In this document: positions 22,680 through 34,700 of the stretch, one piece after another
Numbering within the stretch: the first letter of the stretch is position 1
Layout of the letters: each line of letters begins with the position of its first letter
From: Marsupella aquatica
Lineage: Eukaryota > Plantae > Marchantiophyta
Direction: 5' to 3'
NCBI GenBank assembly: GCA_973895155.1
Contig: OZ316896.1
Coordinates: 7,759,278-7,823,277, forward strand
Length of the DNA stretch: 64,000 bases
Translations under genes and position numbers: made by a program
Notes under the pieces: generated by a model
Seen by the model: the letters and a program-made list of their open reading frames with translations, nothing else
What the model was told of the DNA's origin: nothing
Database searches by the model: none

Positions 22680-25600
22680 TGTGATGCCTAGACAGGAATC
22701 ACTCGGCCGGTTAAGTGGGTAAAGCAGGAAGGCACCCTAGGAACACCTTAGTATAGTGACAAAACAAGGAAAATATAAACAATTAGGGGCAACCATGGAA
22801 CCCGGGCAGAGGCCGGAGGTAAGGCTGAGGGTGAAAACCCGATTAGGGTTAGGGCGCGTTAAGCGTCGGCGGCTAGGAAGGATCAACGGGAAGAAGGACC
22901 AGCAAAGGAGAGGGGTAAGGAGCACTTGCAGGAGATGGTGGCTCATTTGCGAGCACGAACTAGGCAGACGACTACGGGAGGCCAACTACTGTCAGCTGCT
23001 TAGGCAAGCACTTGGGGAGAGAATAGATACCGACGATCGACCTAAGGAGGGTATGAGCAACGTCAATCAAGCGGCACATTTCTGGGGATGCCTGTTCGAA
23101 CGGGCAACTGAGTACATCAAGACTTACGAGGACGAGGAGTCAGAAAGGGCAGCTCGAGAATGGCAGGAGCTCGCTCGATTGTGGGAGCTGCAGAAGACGA
23201 CTTTCTTAGGAGGCGAACTCATCAAGGACGAGTTCCTGTGGACGCCTACTTCCAATCAACTCGACGATCTTCTGTTTTGCAAAGACAGCGTCGTCGGCAT
23301 CCGAGAGGCCATCAAGAACTGCAACGACATACACTGGGAATTAAAGGGTAGCACGGAAAGGTGGACCCAGGCAACGGTGCTAGGAGAAACCTCCACGGCA
23401 GCAGAGGTGAAGAGGAAGGGAGCCGTCAACGATGAAGCCACCCCGGCAAAAAGAACGAGGTCGGCGGCACCAAAGAGGCCAGCCGAGCAGCAGAGCAGGA
23501 GGCAGGGAGAAGCCGAAGAGGAGGAGGTCGATCCCATCAAGGCCATTCCAACCAGGGATGACACCTGGAAGGGCTGGGCGGCAACCCTACCGGTGGAGGT
23601 GCAACTACATTTTGCACGGGAGGAGGATGCATGCTTTACGGCCATGCAGACCAAGAAGTACCAAGGCTTCATGGCCGGATCCGGCTTGGAGGCCTTTGTA
23701 AGATTACCATGGCTGAAGCCGGAGGTACCGGAGTCAGACCTATTAGAATTCGTGGGGTCATGGGAACCCGAGACCAATTGCACGAGGATATATGGGAGGG
23801 ATTTCTATCTTACTCCCAAGGTAATTGCCGAAGTGTTTGGCTTGCCGATAGGCAATAAGACCAAAGTTGATACCAGGAAGACCTTGCCTGACAAGGAGTT
23901 CTGGTCGTTCCCCGGGCCATCAACGAAGAATGGCTTCTTCCGGAACACCTGCACCAACCCGCACATAGGAGAGATGATCGACTTCTTGCGGGTGACCATG
24001 CATTGTAACTTGCCGAGGGCAGAGATCGGCAAGGCACAGGTCTATCTGGCAGAAAGGCCAGACCCAAGCCGGGACTACAACGGGTACCTCCTCAACCAAT
24101 TGAAGAAGATCTTAAAGGAGGAGCAGCAGGTAATCGGCATGGGGAGCGTGTCGCGGCTTGGCTATCACATGCCGCTGTTGTGCCGGTATGCCAGAAGTCA
24201 GACTTTTGCCCCGGTACTTCCCCTGCAGGTAAGGGCACCCGAGGAAGCTCCAACGCCGAGGCCGTTGGCTGAGAAGCCTCAACCACCTGTTAATCCTACG
24301 ATCGAGCAGGCGTTTAGGCCCAGGAAGGAGGACTTGCCGATGCAGCAACCAGGCATGCAGAGTCTGCTGAAACTACTGGAGAAAGAAAAGAAATCGGCAT
24401 CGGCAACAACAACGGCAACGGCAACAATGCAGGACACTACTACAGAGGTAGGCCTACACCGGCTCACAAGAGAAAACCCCTTTGCTGGAAACAAGGAGAG
24501 AATCAGGCCGAAATCCAAGCCAGGTGTTCGAATGTACGTGGGAACCTCAAGCTCCGAATCTGAGGCAGAATTGCCTGAAGCTCCTACCGACGAAGAGGAG
24601 AGGGAGAAGCCGGACGTCCAAGAGGTAGAGGAGGCAGTGGAGGACTGCAGCCATGATAATTCCGGCTATGGGTCGGACCATCACGTTCCAGGAGTAAGGA
24701 CCTGTGGCCGGTTTGTCCCCACACTTCCAAGGGTAGTGCGAGGGGACCCCAACCAGCAGAGTAGCCCTGAGTCTCCCCCACCAGATGTTGCTCCCCCGAG
24801 CTTCGACGGCATAAAACAGACGGTGCAGGAATTTCAGGAGCGAATCAAGCAGGAGGAAGAGGCCGCCCTGGCTAAGGAAAAGGATTTACCAGGAGGAGAT
24901 TGGCCGGAGGACATCAGGCGGCTAGCCGAAAAAGGAAGCAAACCTCTAGCCATGATTGAAGAGATCCGCAGGACGGCGTGGGAGCAGAGGCCACGATGGG
25001 CGATGCCGATCACTTCTACTTACTCCACCTACGCTAAGAATAGAGCCATGGAGTATGGTGAGATGTGTGGGGAACTTGCGCTCGGCATCTTTGGAGAGGA
25101 GTTGGAGATAGGACCCTTTTTCCATAGGGAGCAGTTGGAGAAGCACCAATTAGAAGAAGCGGTGGCTTTAGAGAGAAGCAAGAAGGAAGAGGTCATTCGG
25201 CGGCTTAGGAGGATGGAAGCCGAGATTGAAGATCTAAGGGTGGCCAAGAAAGCCCAAGATGAACTGCGGATTAAACGACATGAGCTGAACATCATGCAGG
25301 GGCAGTTGGACACCGCGCAGGCTGATAATCAGAATATCAAGGATAAACTGACTCAGACGCAGGAAGAGTTGGCCGACACGATCAAAGAGAGGGAGAAGTG
25401 GAAGCAAGAGCTGAAGAATACAGAGGAGGCCCACATAACAGCCAACAGCCGGGCCATGGCGGAGACCCAAAGAAAGGAATGGGCGTTGAAAGGGGAGCTC
25501 GAGAAAATCCGCGGAGCCCTTGAGCAGAAGGAGGTCGAGTTAGGGAAATCCTATCAAGGGATTATGGCGCTGCAACAGGAGCTTGCGTCCCTGACGGCCA

Positions 25601-27315
25601 GCTTCAAGGCCGACCTAAGGGAGAAGGACGAGATGCTCGAACAGACTTACGCCAAGATGAACCAGATGGAGTCTGTCATCATTGCAGAGCTCGACAAGGA
25701 GCTAAGAGCAACCCAGGAGGAGAGGGCTACCTTGAAGAAGGAATTGGAGGAAGCCCACAGGGAGCAGGAGGAGGCCAAAAACGAGCTGGAGGGGGCACGT
25801 AAGGACCTGGATGAAACCCAAGAGGAGTTGGAGGAAATCACGAGGAAGATGGAGAACCTACAGCGGCAGGCCGACAACCAAACAGAGTGGCTGAAGAAAC
25901 AAGCCGCAGTATTTAAATGCTTAGCTGCAGCAGGTCCATCTCCCGTTGGGACAAACCAGTTACCAGGGGTGGTAATTGCCGAAGGACAAGCCACGCCACC
26001 TGCACCAGTGCCGGAAGTAAGTGGGAAGGGGAAGGGACCAGCTGCCGAGCCACCAACAAAGAAGAAGCGGAAACCTTCAGGGTCAAGGAGTAATACGACT
26101 TCACAGGCCGTGGTGATCAAGGAGGTAGACCCAGCACCGACCCCAGACAGGGTCACGGCTAAGGATCCAACTACCCTAGGGGAAGGGGAGGCCGAAGCCG
26201 AGGGAGTGACTGAGGCCGAAGCCGTGGGTATTGCCGAGGCCGGTGTCGAGACTGAAGCCGAAGGTGGACCCAGTCAGGCCGATGGAGAGTTGACTCAGTC
26301 AAGGGCAGGTAATCTGTCAGAGAATGAACCTACGGCAGTGGCTGAGGAGGAAGCGTTGGGGGCGTCCATTAAGGATCCACCACCGGTGTCGTGACGGTGC
26401 AAGGGCACCGTTCCTTTTAGGGAGGGCGGACGTGGAGGGAGGAGGCGTGAGTGGGCAGGGCGGGCGCGGATCTCCACGTTTAGGATTAGGATCAGAACCA
26501 GGAGCGGCCCTGACACTTAGCTTAGTGGGATTGCGGTCCCACTGGTAGGAGCAACACTTGTGCTCCTGCCTTGCTGTACATAGGTAGATTCGGGCAAGTA
26601 GATTACTGTTAAGTAGATTAGGCTTACGATGCAAAGAATGGCGGATCCACTACCAGGATAAGTACCTGGGCAGCGGGGAGCTCAGGGCCTCTTCTTTAGC
26701 AAGTTTTTAGTTTGCACCAGCCGGGCTGGGATCAAGTAGTACGAGAAGCTCTCGGTTAGTCATACAGTGACCCTTGTGTATATTCATGTTTCCTCATGCC
26801 TAAGAGCTGAATAGAGTTGGCCTCACGGCTTAGTTCGCAGAACTTGTGTATGAGATGTACTGTTTGTATGGCAAGTGCATGGTATGACTCAGTCAGAATG
26901 AGTCATTTTGCTATTTGTGTGTCGCATTAACTTGTGTGAAGAGTGCCCACATCAACAGAAGGAAGGAAAGTAAGCAGGGGAGTGAGAGTTGGATGTGTCG
27001 AGCTGAGAGAGGTCTTAGCGGCTTAACCAAGCCTATTGGGGATCATTCCGGCGGCGGAATCCAAACATACCTAACAAGACGGAGGGGAAGACAGGGGAAG
27101 ACAGGGGAAGGCCTATATTAGGCCGGCTACGTATCTCATGACCCGATGAAGGATCTGTCCAATATATGTGTGTAAAATGTTAATAGTAGTAGTAGAAGGT
27201 TAGCAGCGTCCCATGCCGCTAAGCCGCGGAAACGGCCTCGCCAAGCACGAAACCTGCGGGAATCGGCTTGAGCTGGGGGGTTTCTTGGGTTTAGGGAGCC
27301 ATGGGACGCACCACA
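22680..27315 (+). repeat. 5' LTR (4636 bp)
   Basis: TGTGATGCC...GCACCACA, followed by the PBS; near-identical to 31706-36365. Confidence 0.95.
22756..26394 (+). CDS. LTR-encoded large protein (plant-transposon-type globular domain plus long coiled coil), 5' copy
   Basis: 1212-codon uninterrupted ORF entirely inside the LTR. Homology to the solo-LTR ORF suggests the start is ATG 23053 (MSNVN). E/K/Q heptad-rich region at about 25120-25910. Confidence 0.85.
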   Translation: MTKQGKYKQLGATMEPGQRPEVRLRVKTRLGLGRVKRRRLGRINGKKDQQRRGVRSTCRRWWLICEHELGRRLREANYCQLLRQALGERIDTDDRPKEGMSNVNQAAHFWGCLFERATEYIKTYEDEESERAAREWQELARLWELQKTTFLGGELIKDEFLWTPTSNQLDDLLFCKDSVVGIREAIKNCNDIHWELKGSTERWTQATVLGETSTAAEVKRKGAVNDEATPAKRTRSAAPKRPAEQQSRRQGEAEEEEVDPIKAIPTRDDTWKGWAATLPVEVQLHFAREEDACFTAMQTKKYQGFMAGSGLEAFVRLPWLKPEVPESDLLEFVGSWEPETNCTRIYGRDFYLTPKVIAEVFGLPIGNKTKVDTRKTLPDKEFWSFPGPSTKNGFFRNTCTNPHIGEMIDFLRVTMHCNLPRAEIGKAQVYLAERPDPSRDYNGYLLNQLKKILKEEQQVIGMGSVSRLGYHMPLLCRYARSQTFAPVLPLQVRAPEEAPTPRPLAEKPQPPVNPTIEQAFRPRKEDLPMQQPGMQSLLKLLEKEKKSASATTTATATMQDTTTEVGLHRLTRENPFAGNKERIRPKSKPGVRMYVGTSSSESEAELPEAPTDEEEREKPDVQEVEEAVEDCSHDNSGYGSDHHVPGVRTCGRFVPTLPRVVRGDPNQQSSPESPPPDVAPPSFDGIKQTVQEFQERIKQEEEAALAKEKDLPGGDWPEDIRRLAEKGSKPLAMIEEIRRTAWEQRPRWAMPITSTYSTYAKNRAMEYGEMCGELALGIFGEELEIGPFFHREQLEKHQLEEAVALERSKKEEVIRRLRRMEAEIEDLRVAKKAQDELRIKRHELNIMQGQLDTAQADNQNIKDKLTQTQEELADTIKEREKWKQELKNTEEAHITANSRAMAETQRKEWALKGELEKIRGALEQKEVELGKSYQGIMALQQELASLTASFKADLREKDEMLEQTYAKMNQMESVIIAELDKELRATQEERATLKKELEEAHREQEEAKNELEGARKDLDETQEELEEITRKMENLQRQADNQTEWLKKQAAVFKCLAAAGPSPVGTNQLPGVVIAEGQATPPAPVPEVSGKGKGPAAEPPTKKKRKPSGSRSNTTSQAVVIKEVDPAPTPDRVTAKDPTTLGEGEAEAEGVTEAEAVGIAEAGVETEAEGGPSQADGELTQSRAGNLSENEPTAVAEEEALGASIKDPPPVS

Positions 27316-27319
27316 TTTT

Positions 27320-27338
27320 TGGCGCTAGATGGAGGGGG
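27320..27338 (+). other. Primer binding site
   Basis: TGGCGCTAGATGGAGGGGG just after the LTR end; resembles the PBS of Tat-type plant elements. Confidence 0.8.
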
Positions 27339-27384
27339 CATTTCTTAAGCCGTGAGATATGAAGTTAGAACGGAAGCGTAGGTA

Positions 27385-30378
27385 ATGACTGACCTTACGC
27401 CGAGGGAAGAAAGAGTGATTCAACGGGAGAGAGCTCGACTGCAGCAGCTCGCCGGGTGGCATGATACACAGCGACTGAGAGGGGCAGAAAGAGCTGGTAG
27501 CTCCGAAACTGGAAGTGGCGTCAAAGAAGACATACCAGAAGAAGAGTCGGTAAGGAGAAGTGAGTCTCCAACCGACATGGGGGAACCAGAGGCACGGCCA
27601 GACGAGAGGCCAGGGACCAGATTGAGCCAGCGGTCGCGCATACATTACAAGGCATTTCATGGGAGAGGAGATGAGGATCCGGACGAATGGTTGGATGATT
27701 TCGAGGGAACCGCTGCAACAAATGGAGAATCGGCCATCAAGATGCAGATTCTTCCCGGCCTGTTCAAGGGTGAGGCTAGGCCTTGGTACAGAGCATTAGA
27801 TGTGGAAGATCAAGCCATCTGGGATATCTTCAAAACACTCTTTGTTAAGGAGTTTCGACCCATTGGAACTTCAGAACTAGCAGTGCTGAAGTTGGGACAA
27901 CTTCGGTTCAAGGAGAACAAATCCTTCAGGAAGTTCTTGCAACGCTTTCAGAAACTGGTAAGACGTACAAAGACCAATGCATCTGAAGGTATGCAACTTC
28001 AATGGTTGGTGAATGCTTTGCCACAGAAGATGAGTTTTGCAATTAGGAAGGAGAACCCGGAGACTTTAGCCGAAGCAATTAAGGATATTCAATTATACAT
28101 TAATGCAGATATCACAAGCCGGAAGAAACAGCTTAAGTCTGAGAGTTCCTCATCAGAGGAGGGATCACCCCATAAGAAAAAAGATAAGAAGAAGAAACAT
28201 TCCAAGAAGTCTAGAAGTGATAAGTCAAGCTCGGATAGTGGGAGTAGCAAGAGTGAGTCATCTTCTAGTTCTGAAGAAGAAAAAACTAGGAAAAGGAAGG
28301 GCAGAAGGAGAGGGAAGACGAAAGTCAAGATGGAGGCTAAGCCACTAGATAACATCGTAGCCCTTACCGAGCAACTTAAGGCTATCATTGCAGAGGTAAA
28401 ACCAAAGAAGAAGGCAGTACAGGAGGATAGCTCTGTATGGTGTGCCTTATGTTATAAAACCGGACACCATAAAGATGCGTGTCCTAAGCTTAATACTAAT
28501 CATGTTCGGCATGTGGCCGAGATCAGACCATGTCAGGGAGAAGTAGAGTACTTTTTGGGAGATGCCGCTGATAGTGTTTTCGGCATCAGTGAGACTGGAG
28601 CACGAGACCTATCCAACAGACCTGCATCTCTGTGGTCAGGGTTAAGGAACAATCCAGGAGAGATGTATCCTCGGATTATTCAGAACCCGTCAGTACCTCC
28701 TAGGCCGAATGTGCAAAGATTTGCAGCGTGCTATAATTGTGGTCAACCTGGCCATTTTGCTAGAGAATGCCCGAATGCACGCAAACAGGGTGATGGACAA
28801 CCAGCTCAGCTATGTATGGGATGCCGACAGGAAGGTCATATGCTAGGGCAATGTCCTACTTGGTTGGCAGGCCTGGCCGCAAATCATAAGCTTTTGCCGA
28901 TCAAGATCTTACCGCCAGGTACTACCCCCGGAGGAGTTCAAATCAACCACATCGAACTAGGATGGCAAGAGGATGCCGAGGCAGAGTTCGTACCATCTGA
29001 TGATGAGGCCGAAGCCCTATCAACCTTCTCAGAGGAGGATTTAGATCATGATTGCTACCGGGTCTCTACTCGATCTACCAGAAGGAAGGAAAGGTGGGAT
29101 GGGCTGGCCAAAAATAAAGGGAAGGTTACGGAGGAAAGGATCGACTCTTCGTCAACATCAACAGAAGGAGAAGGGAGGGCTCCGGCAATACAGGTAAGCC
29201 ATGAGCCCACCAGTGAAACCAATCCTTCACAAGATAGCGACTTCAATCGAGATCATCCTAAGTTGTTCTACCCCTCTGTTACGGCTAGTGTTAAGGAACA
29301 ACTAAGAGAATTAGAAACCCTGGAGAATACCGAAGCCATTGCCAAGGATGTAAAACGAGCAAAAGCATTGTTTGCTTCGGAAGACCCAACAGCTGTGGAG
29401 ACTAGCGTGGCAAAACTAGCCGAATCCAAGACGGAAACACCACCAGAAGAGAAGCTGATTGTTCCCTATGACCTGGCTAAAGATGTACTAGAATCTAGAG
29501 TCTCGGCAACAGTAGGTCAACTATTGAAAAATAGCCCGTACTTCCGGAAGCAATTAAGGAAGGCTATTCTCGGCAAGCCAAGATTACCCAAGGTAGCAAC
29601 CAGATCCGACGTACTAATGATAGAAGAAGATCAAGGAGCCCCAGCATTACCATTAATGATTCAAGGAGAATTATTACTACGGGTACCCATCGATGGAGGA
29701 TCAGGGGTATGTATTATGATTGATTCAACAGCAAAAGGGTGGGGTCTAACACCGGAGATGACTGGAAGAGTGTTGAACATGGCCAATGGATATCAGGTCA
29801 TTCCGACGGGAGTGTTAACCGGCATCAAGACAGAGATAGGAGGTATCTTCTTTAGCATTAACTATGTAGTAATGAAGCCGGTAAATCCTACGTCATTCCG
29901 GCTATTGATTGGTAGGCCATGGCTGTACCTAGCCGAGGTAATAGAAGATTGGGGTAAAAAGCAGTTCACTTTCGGGACCCCCTCTATCACGGTATCCTGG
30001 GACACTAAGGATGACCGTAGGAAAAGCATAAGGGAAGTAGATGGGTACGACAGTGGACTGGAGTCAGCCGATGAAGTACGTTGGTTAGAATGCCTCACTA
30101 ACCTAACCGAAGAAGGTGTCTTTGGACCAGAGGTACCCCCCAGCGGATTATGGCAAGAACCAATGGAAGGTGACTTGGAAGAAGAAGACGAAGAGGTCGA
30201 GGACTGCTTTACAATAGAATCCACCTTTTTAGCTGCAATTCCGGAGGAAGTAAAGGATGTAGACCAATTGGATGAAACGGCTAAGTGGGGAGCAGTAGCA
30301 GGGACAGTGGATTTTCTGCAGGCGTTGTGGCAGAGCCGACGGGGTCCACAACGCCATCGATCATTGGCAAGGAATTAA
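27385..30378 (+). CDS. gag: Gag (three CCHC knuckles) fused to aspartic protease
   Basis: FHGRGDEDPDEWL..ARPWY capsid region; CALCYKTGHHKDAC, CYNCGQPGHFAREC and CMGCRQEGHMLGQC; PIDGGSGV and LLIGRPWL protease motifs. Confidence 0.92.
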   Translation: MTDLTPREERVIQRERARLQQLAGWHDTQRLRGAERAGSSETGSGVKEDIPEEESVRRSESPTDMGEPEARPDERPGTRLSQRSRIHYKAFHGRGDEDPDEWLDDFEGTAATNGESAIKMQILPGLFKGEARPWYRALDVEDQAIWDIFKTLFVKEFRPIGTSELAVLKLGQLRFKENKSFRKFLQRFQKLVRRTKTNASEGMQLQWLVNALPQKMSFAIRKENPETLAEAIKDIQLYINADITSRKKQLKSESSSSEEGSPHKKKDKKKKHSKKSRSDKSSSDSGSSKSESSSSSEEEKTRKRKGRRRGKTKVKMEAKPLDNIVALTEQLKAIIAEVKPKKKAVQEDSSVWCALCYKTGHHKDACPKLNTNHVRHVAEIRPCQGEVEYFLGDAADSVFGISETGARDLSNRPASLWSGLRNNPGEMYPRIIQNPSVPPRPNVQRFAACYNCGQPGHFARECPNARKQGDGQPAQLCMGCRQEGHMLGQCPTWLAGLAANHKLLPIKILPPGTTPGGVQINHIELGWQEDAEAEFVPSDDEAEALSTFSEEDLDHDCYRVSTRSTRRKERWDGLAKNKGKVTEERIDSSSTSTEGEGRAPAIQVSHEPTSETNPSQDSDFNRDHPKLFYPSVTASVKEQLRELETLENTEAIAKDVKRAKALFASEDPTAVETSVAKLAESKTETPPEEKLIVPYDLAKDVLESRVSATVGQLLKNSPYFRKQLRKAILGKPRLPKVATRSDVLMIEEDQGAPALPLMIQGELLLRVPIDGGSGVCIMIDSTAKGWGLTPEMTGRVLNMANGYQVIPTGVLTGIKTEIGGIFFSINYVVMKPVNPTSFRLLIGRPWLYLAEVIEDWGKKQFTFGTPSITVSWDTKDDRRKSIREVDGYDSGLESADEVRWLECLTNLTEEGVFGPEVPPSGLWQEPMEGDLEEEDEEVEDCFTIESTFLAAIPEEVKDVDQLDETAKWGAVAGTVDFLQALWQSRRGPQRHRSLARN
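30309..30355 (+). promoter_or_regulatory. Putative -1 programmed ribosomal frameshift signal
   Basis: In-frame G_GAT_TTT heptamer (30309-30315), 5-nt spacer, perfect 10-bp stem GGCGTTGTGG / CCACAACGCC. The -1 frame is the pol ORF. Confidence 0.75.
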
Positions 30379-31692
30379 ATACCAAGGGATCGGCATACAA
30401 GCCGATTACGAGGGCAGAACAAATTGAGGCCCTATTAGAAGCCAAGAGAGCACAACGGCCTAACTCTCAGGAGCAAGAGGTGGATGAGATGGACAGACAC
30501 GATCCAGAGCCAAGGCAGGAAGGGGAGCCGACCACTAATTCAAAACCGAATAGACCGGTAAGGGGACAATCTATGGACACCAAGGAAGGGACCGACTCGG
30601 CTAGTCCAGCCGAGATCCCAGTTTATGGAGGTATGAGATTAGAGAGACTGGAAGCCGAACTGGACCCGAATTTGAAGAAGCAGATTAATATGATCCAAGC
30701 ACGGCAATATCGGAAGCTCGACTTAGGAGAGGGAAGAGAACTGAACTTAGGGAGAAACCTAGCACCTGAGCTCGAGAAAGAGATCAGTGACTTATTGATT
30801 GAATTTCAGGATGTGTTTGCATGGAGTCACCAAGATCTAAAGGGAGTAGATCCAACACTAGGGGAACATCGAATTGATCTCATGTTAGGAGCCAAATCAT
30901 TTCGACAACCAATTCGAAGGATGATGCAATTACTACGGCTAGGTTCATGTATGAGCAGATCTTCACCAGGTATGGAGCACCCCTAGAATTAGCTAGTGAT
31001 AGAGGAACCCATTTTTTGAATGATATAATTAGTCGTTTAAATGAGCAGTATTTAGTTAAACATAGGCCTACTACTCCCTACCATCCAAAGGCAAACGGGT
31101 TGACAGAACGAGCAAACGGAATCATAGGAAAGATATTGAACAAGACAGTAGCTCAGAACAAACTCGATTGGGATGATAAATTGTTTGCTGCTGTTTTTGC
31201 TTACAATCTTGCCTATAAATCCACTACCGGTCATACACCCTTCTTCTTAACCTTTGGACAAGAAGCCCTGGTACCCATGCAACTTGAGATACCGACATTT
31301 CAAGTTACAATTGAGGAAAGAGCCTCAGCGGAGGAGAGCCTAAAGGAGCGAGAATATAGGTTAGAAGCTTTAGAGGAAGCGAGAATGATTTCAGCCGAGA
31401 GAGTAGAATATAGACAGAATATCATGAAGCAGCAGTATGATAAAAGGTTAAAAGTAGTTAGTATTCATACCGGTGATCTTGTGCTACTTTATGACAGTAG
31501 GTATAGTAGGTTTCGAGGAAAGCTTTACACTCGCTGGTTAGGACCCTTTAGAGTAACCATGATGTTCCCCAATGGCTCCGTACAATTGGCCAACATTACG
31601 GGAGAGGTATATCCAGTTCGCATCCATTATGACCGCCTCAAGAAATACTATATGGACGAAGATGAAGTTGTTCGCGAGGACGCTTCACAATT

Positions 31693-31705
31693 AAGTGGGG
31701 AGCTA
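31693..31705 (+). other. Polypurine tract
   Basis: AAGTGGGGAGCTA before the TG at 31706. Confidence 0.75.
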
Positions 31706-34700
31706 TGTGATGCCTAGATAGGAATCACTCGGCCGGTTAAGTGGGTAAAGCAGGAAGGCACCCTAGGAACACCTTAGTATAGTGACAAAACAAGGAAAAT
31801 ATAAACAATTAGGGGCAACCATGGAACCTGGGCAGAGGCCGGAGGTAAGGCTGAGGGTGAAAACCCGATTAGGGTTAGGGCGCGTTAAGCGTCGGCGGCT
31901 AGGAAGGATCAACGGGAAGAAGGACCGGCAAAGGAGAGGGGTAAGGAGCACTTGCAGGAGATGGTGGCTCATTTGCGAGCACGAACTAGGCAGACGACTA
32001 CGGGAGGCCAACTACTGTCAGCTGCTTAGGCAAGCACTCGGGGAGAGAATAGATATCGACGATCGACCTAAGGAGGGTATGAGCAACGTCAATCAAGCGG
32101 CACATTTCTGGGGATGCCTGTTCGAACGGGCAACTGAGTACATCAAGACTTACGAGGATGAGGAGTCAGAAAGGGCAGCTCGAGAACGGCAGGAGCTCGC
32201 TCGATTGTGGGAGCTGCAGAAGACGACTTTCTTAGGAGGCGAACTCATCAAGGACGAGTTCCTGTGGACGCCTACTTCCAATCAACTCGACGATCTTCTG
32301 TTTTGCAAAGACAGCGTCGTCGGCATCCGAGAGGCCATCAAGAACTGCAACGACATACACTGGGAATTAAAGGGTAGCACGGAAAGGTGGACCCAGGCAA
32401 CGGTGCTAGGAGAAACCTCCACGGCAGCAGAGATGAAGAGGAAGGGAGCCGTCAACGATGAAGCCACCCCGGCAAAAAGAACGAGGTCGGCGGCACCAAA
32501 GAGGCCAGCCGAGCAGCAGAGCAGGAGGCAGGGAGAAGCCGAAGAGGAGGAGGTCGATCCCATCAAGGCCATTCCAACCAGGGATGACACCTGGAAGGGC
32601 TGGGCGGCAACCCTACCGGTGGAGGTGCAACTACATTTTGCACGGGAGGAGGATGCATGCTTTACGGCCATGCAGACCAAGAAGTACCAAGGCTTCATGG
32701 CCGGATCCGGCTTGGAGGCCTTTGTAAGATTACCATGGCTGAAGCCGGAGGTACCGGAGTCAGACCTATTAGAATTCGTGGGGTCATGGGAACCCGAGAC
32801 CAATTGCACGAGGATATATGGGAGGGATTTCTATCTTACTCCCAAGGTAATTGCCGAAGTGTTTGGCTTGCCGATAGGCAATAAGACCAAAGTTGATACC
32901 AAGAAGACCTTGCCTGACAAGGAGTTCTGGTCGTTCCCCGGGCCATCAACGAAGAATGGCTTCTTCCGGAACACCTGCACCAACCCGCACATAGGAGAGA
33001 TGATCGACTTCTTGCGGGTGACCATGCATTGTAACTTGCCGAGGGCAGAGATCGGCAAGGCACAGGTCTATCTGGCAGAAAGGCCAGACCCAAGCCGGGA
33101 CTACAACGGGTACCTCCTCAACCAATTGAAGAAGATCTTAAAGGAGGAGCAGCAGGTAATCGGCATGGGGAGCGTGTCGCGGCTTGGCTATCACATGCCG
33201 CTGTTGTGCCGGTATGCCAGAAGTCAGACTTTTGCCCCGGTACTTCCCCTGCAGGTAAGGGCACCCGAGGAAGCTCCAACGCAGAGGCCGTTGGCTGAGA
33301 AGCCTCAACCACCTGTTAATCCTACGATCGAGCAGGCGTTTAGGCCCAGGAAGGAGGACTTGCCGATGCAGCAACCAGGCATGCAGAGTCTGCTGAAACT
33401 ACTGGAGAAAGAAAAGAAATCGGCATCGGCAACAACAACGGCAACGGCAACAATGCAGGACACTACTACAGAGGTAGGCCTACACCGGCTCACAAGAGAA
33501 AACCCCTTTGCTGGAAACAAGGAGAGAATCAGGCCGAAATCCAAGCCAGGTGTTCGAATGTACGTGGGAACCTCAAGCTCCGAATCTGAGGCAGAATTGC
33601 CTGAAGCTCCTACCGACGAAGAGGAGAGGGAGAAGCCGGACGTCCAAGAGGTAGAGGAGGCAGTGGAGGACTGCAGCCATGATAATTCCGGCTATGGGTC
33701 GGACCATCACGTTCCAGGAGTAAGGACCTGTGGCCGGTTTGTCCCCACACTTCCAAGGGTAGTGCGAGGGGACCCCAACCAGCAGAGTAGCCCTGAGTCT
33801 CCCCCACCAGATGTTGCTCCCCCGAGCTTCGACGGCATAAAACAGACGGTGCAGGAATTTCAGGAGCGAATCAAGCAGGAGGAAGAGGCCGCCCTGGCTA
33901 AGGAAAAGGATTTACCAGGAGGAGATTGGCCGGAGGACATCAGGCGGCTAGCCGAAAAAGGAAGCAAACCTCTAGCCACGATTGAAGAGATCCGCAGGAC
34001 GGCGTGGGAGCAGAGGCCACGATGGGTGATGCCGATCACTTCTACTTACTCCACCTACGCTAAGAATAGAGCCATGGAGTATGGTGAGATGTGTGGGGAA
34101 CTTGCGCTCGGCATCTTTGGAGAGGAGTTGGAGATAGGACCCTTTTTCCATAGGGAGCAGTTGGAGAAGCACCAATTAGAAGAAGCGGTGGCTTTAGAGA
34201 GAAGCAAGAAGGACGAGGTCATTCGGCGGCTTAGGAGGATGGAAGCCGAGATTGAAGATCTAAGGGCGGCCAAGAAAGCCCAAGATGAACTGCGGATTAA
34301 ACGACATGAGCTGAACATCATGCAGGGGCAGTTGGACACCGCGCAGGCTGATAATCAGAATATCAAGGATAAACTGACTCAGACGCAGGAAGAGTTGGCC
34401 GACACGATCAAAGAGAGGGAGAAGTGGAAGCAAGAGCTGAAGAATACAGAGGAGGCCCACATAACAGCCAACAGCCGGGCCATGGCGGAGACCCAAAGAA
34501 AGGAATGGGCGTTGAAAGGGGAGCTCGAGAAAATCTGCGGAGCCCTTGAGCAGAAGGAGGTCGAGTTAGGGAAATCCTATCAAGGGATTATGGCGCTGCA
34601 GCAGGAGCTTGCGTCCCTGACGGCCAGCTTCAAGGCCGACCTAAGGGAGAAGGACGAGATGCTCGAACAGACTTACGCCAAGATGAACCAGATGGAGTCT

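Larger units (their letters stand above)
30285..31717 (+). pseudogene. pol: Pol remnant: start of RT fused out of frame to the integrase core
   Basis: EFQDVFAWSHQDLKGV..EHRIDL..RQPIRRM, then directly DDAITTARFMYEQIFTRYG..SDRGTHF..YHPKANGLTE..WLGPF. The RT catalytic core, RNase H and integrase zinc finger are absent. Confidence 0.9.

Noticed and set aside
23256-26156. Many antisense ORFs of 60-175 aa overlapping the LTR ORF
   Set aside because: Shadow frames of a GC-rich coding strand with no independent motifs.
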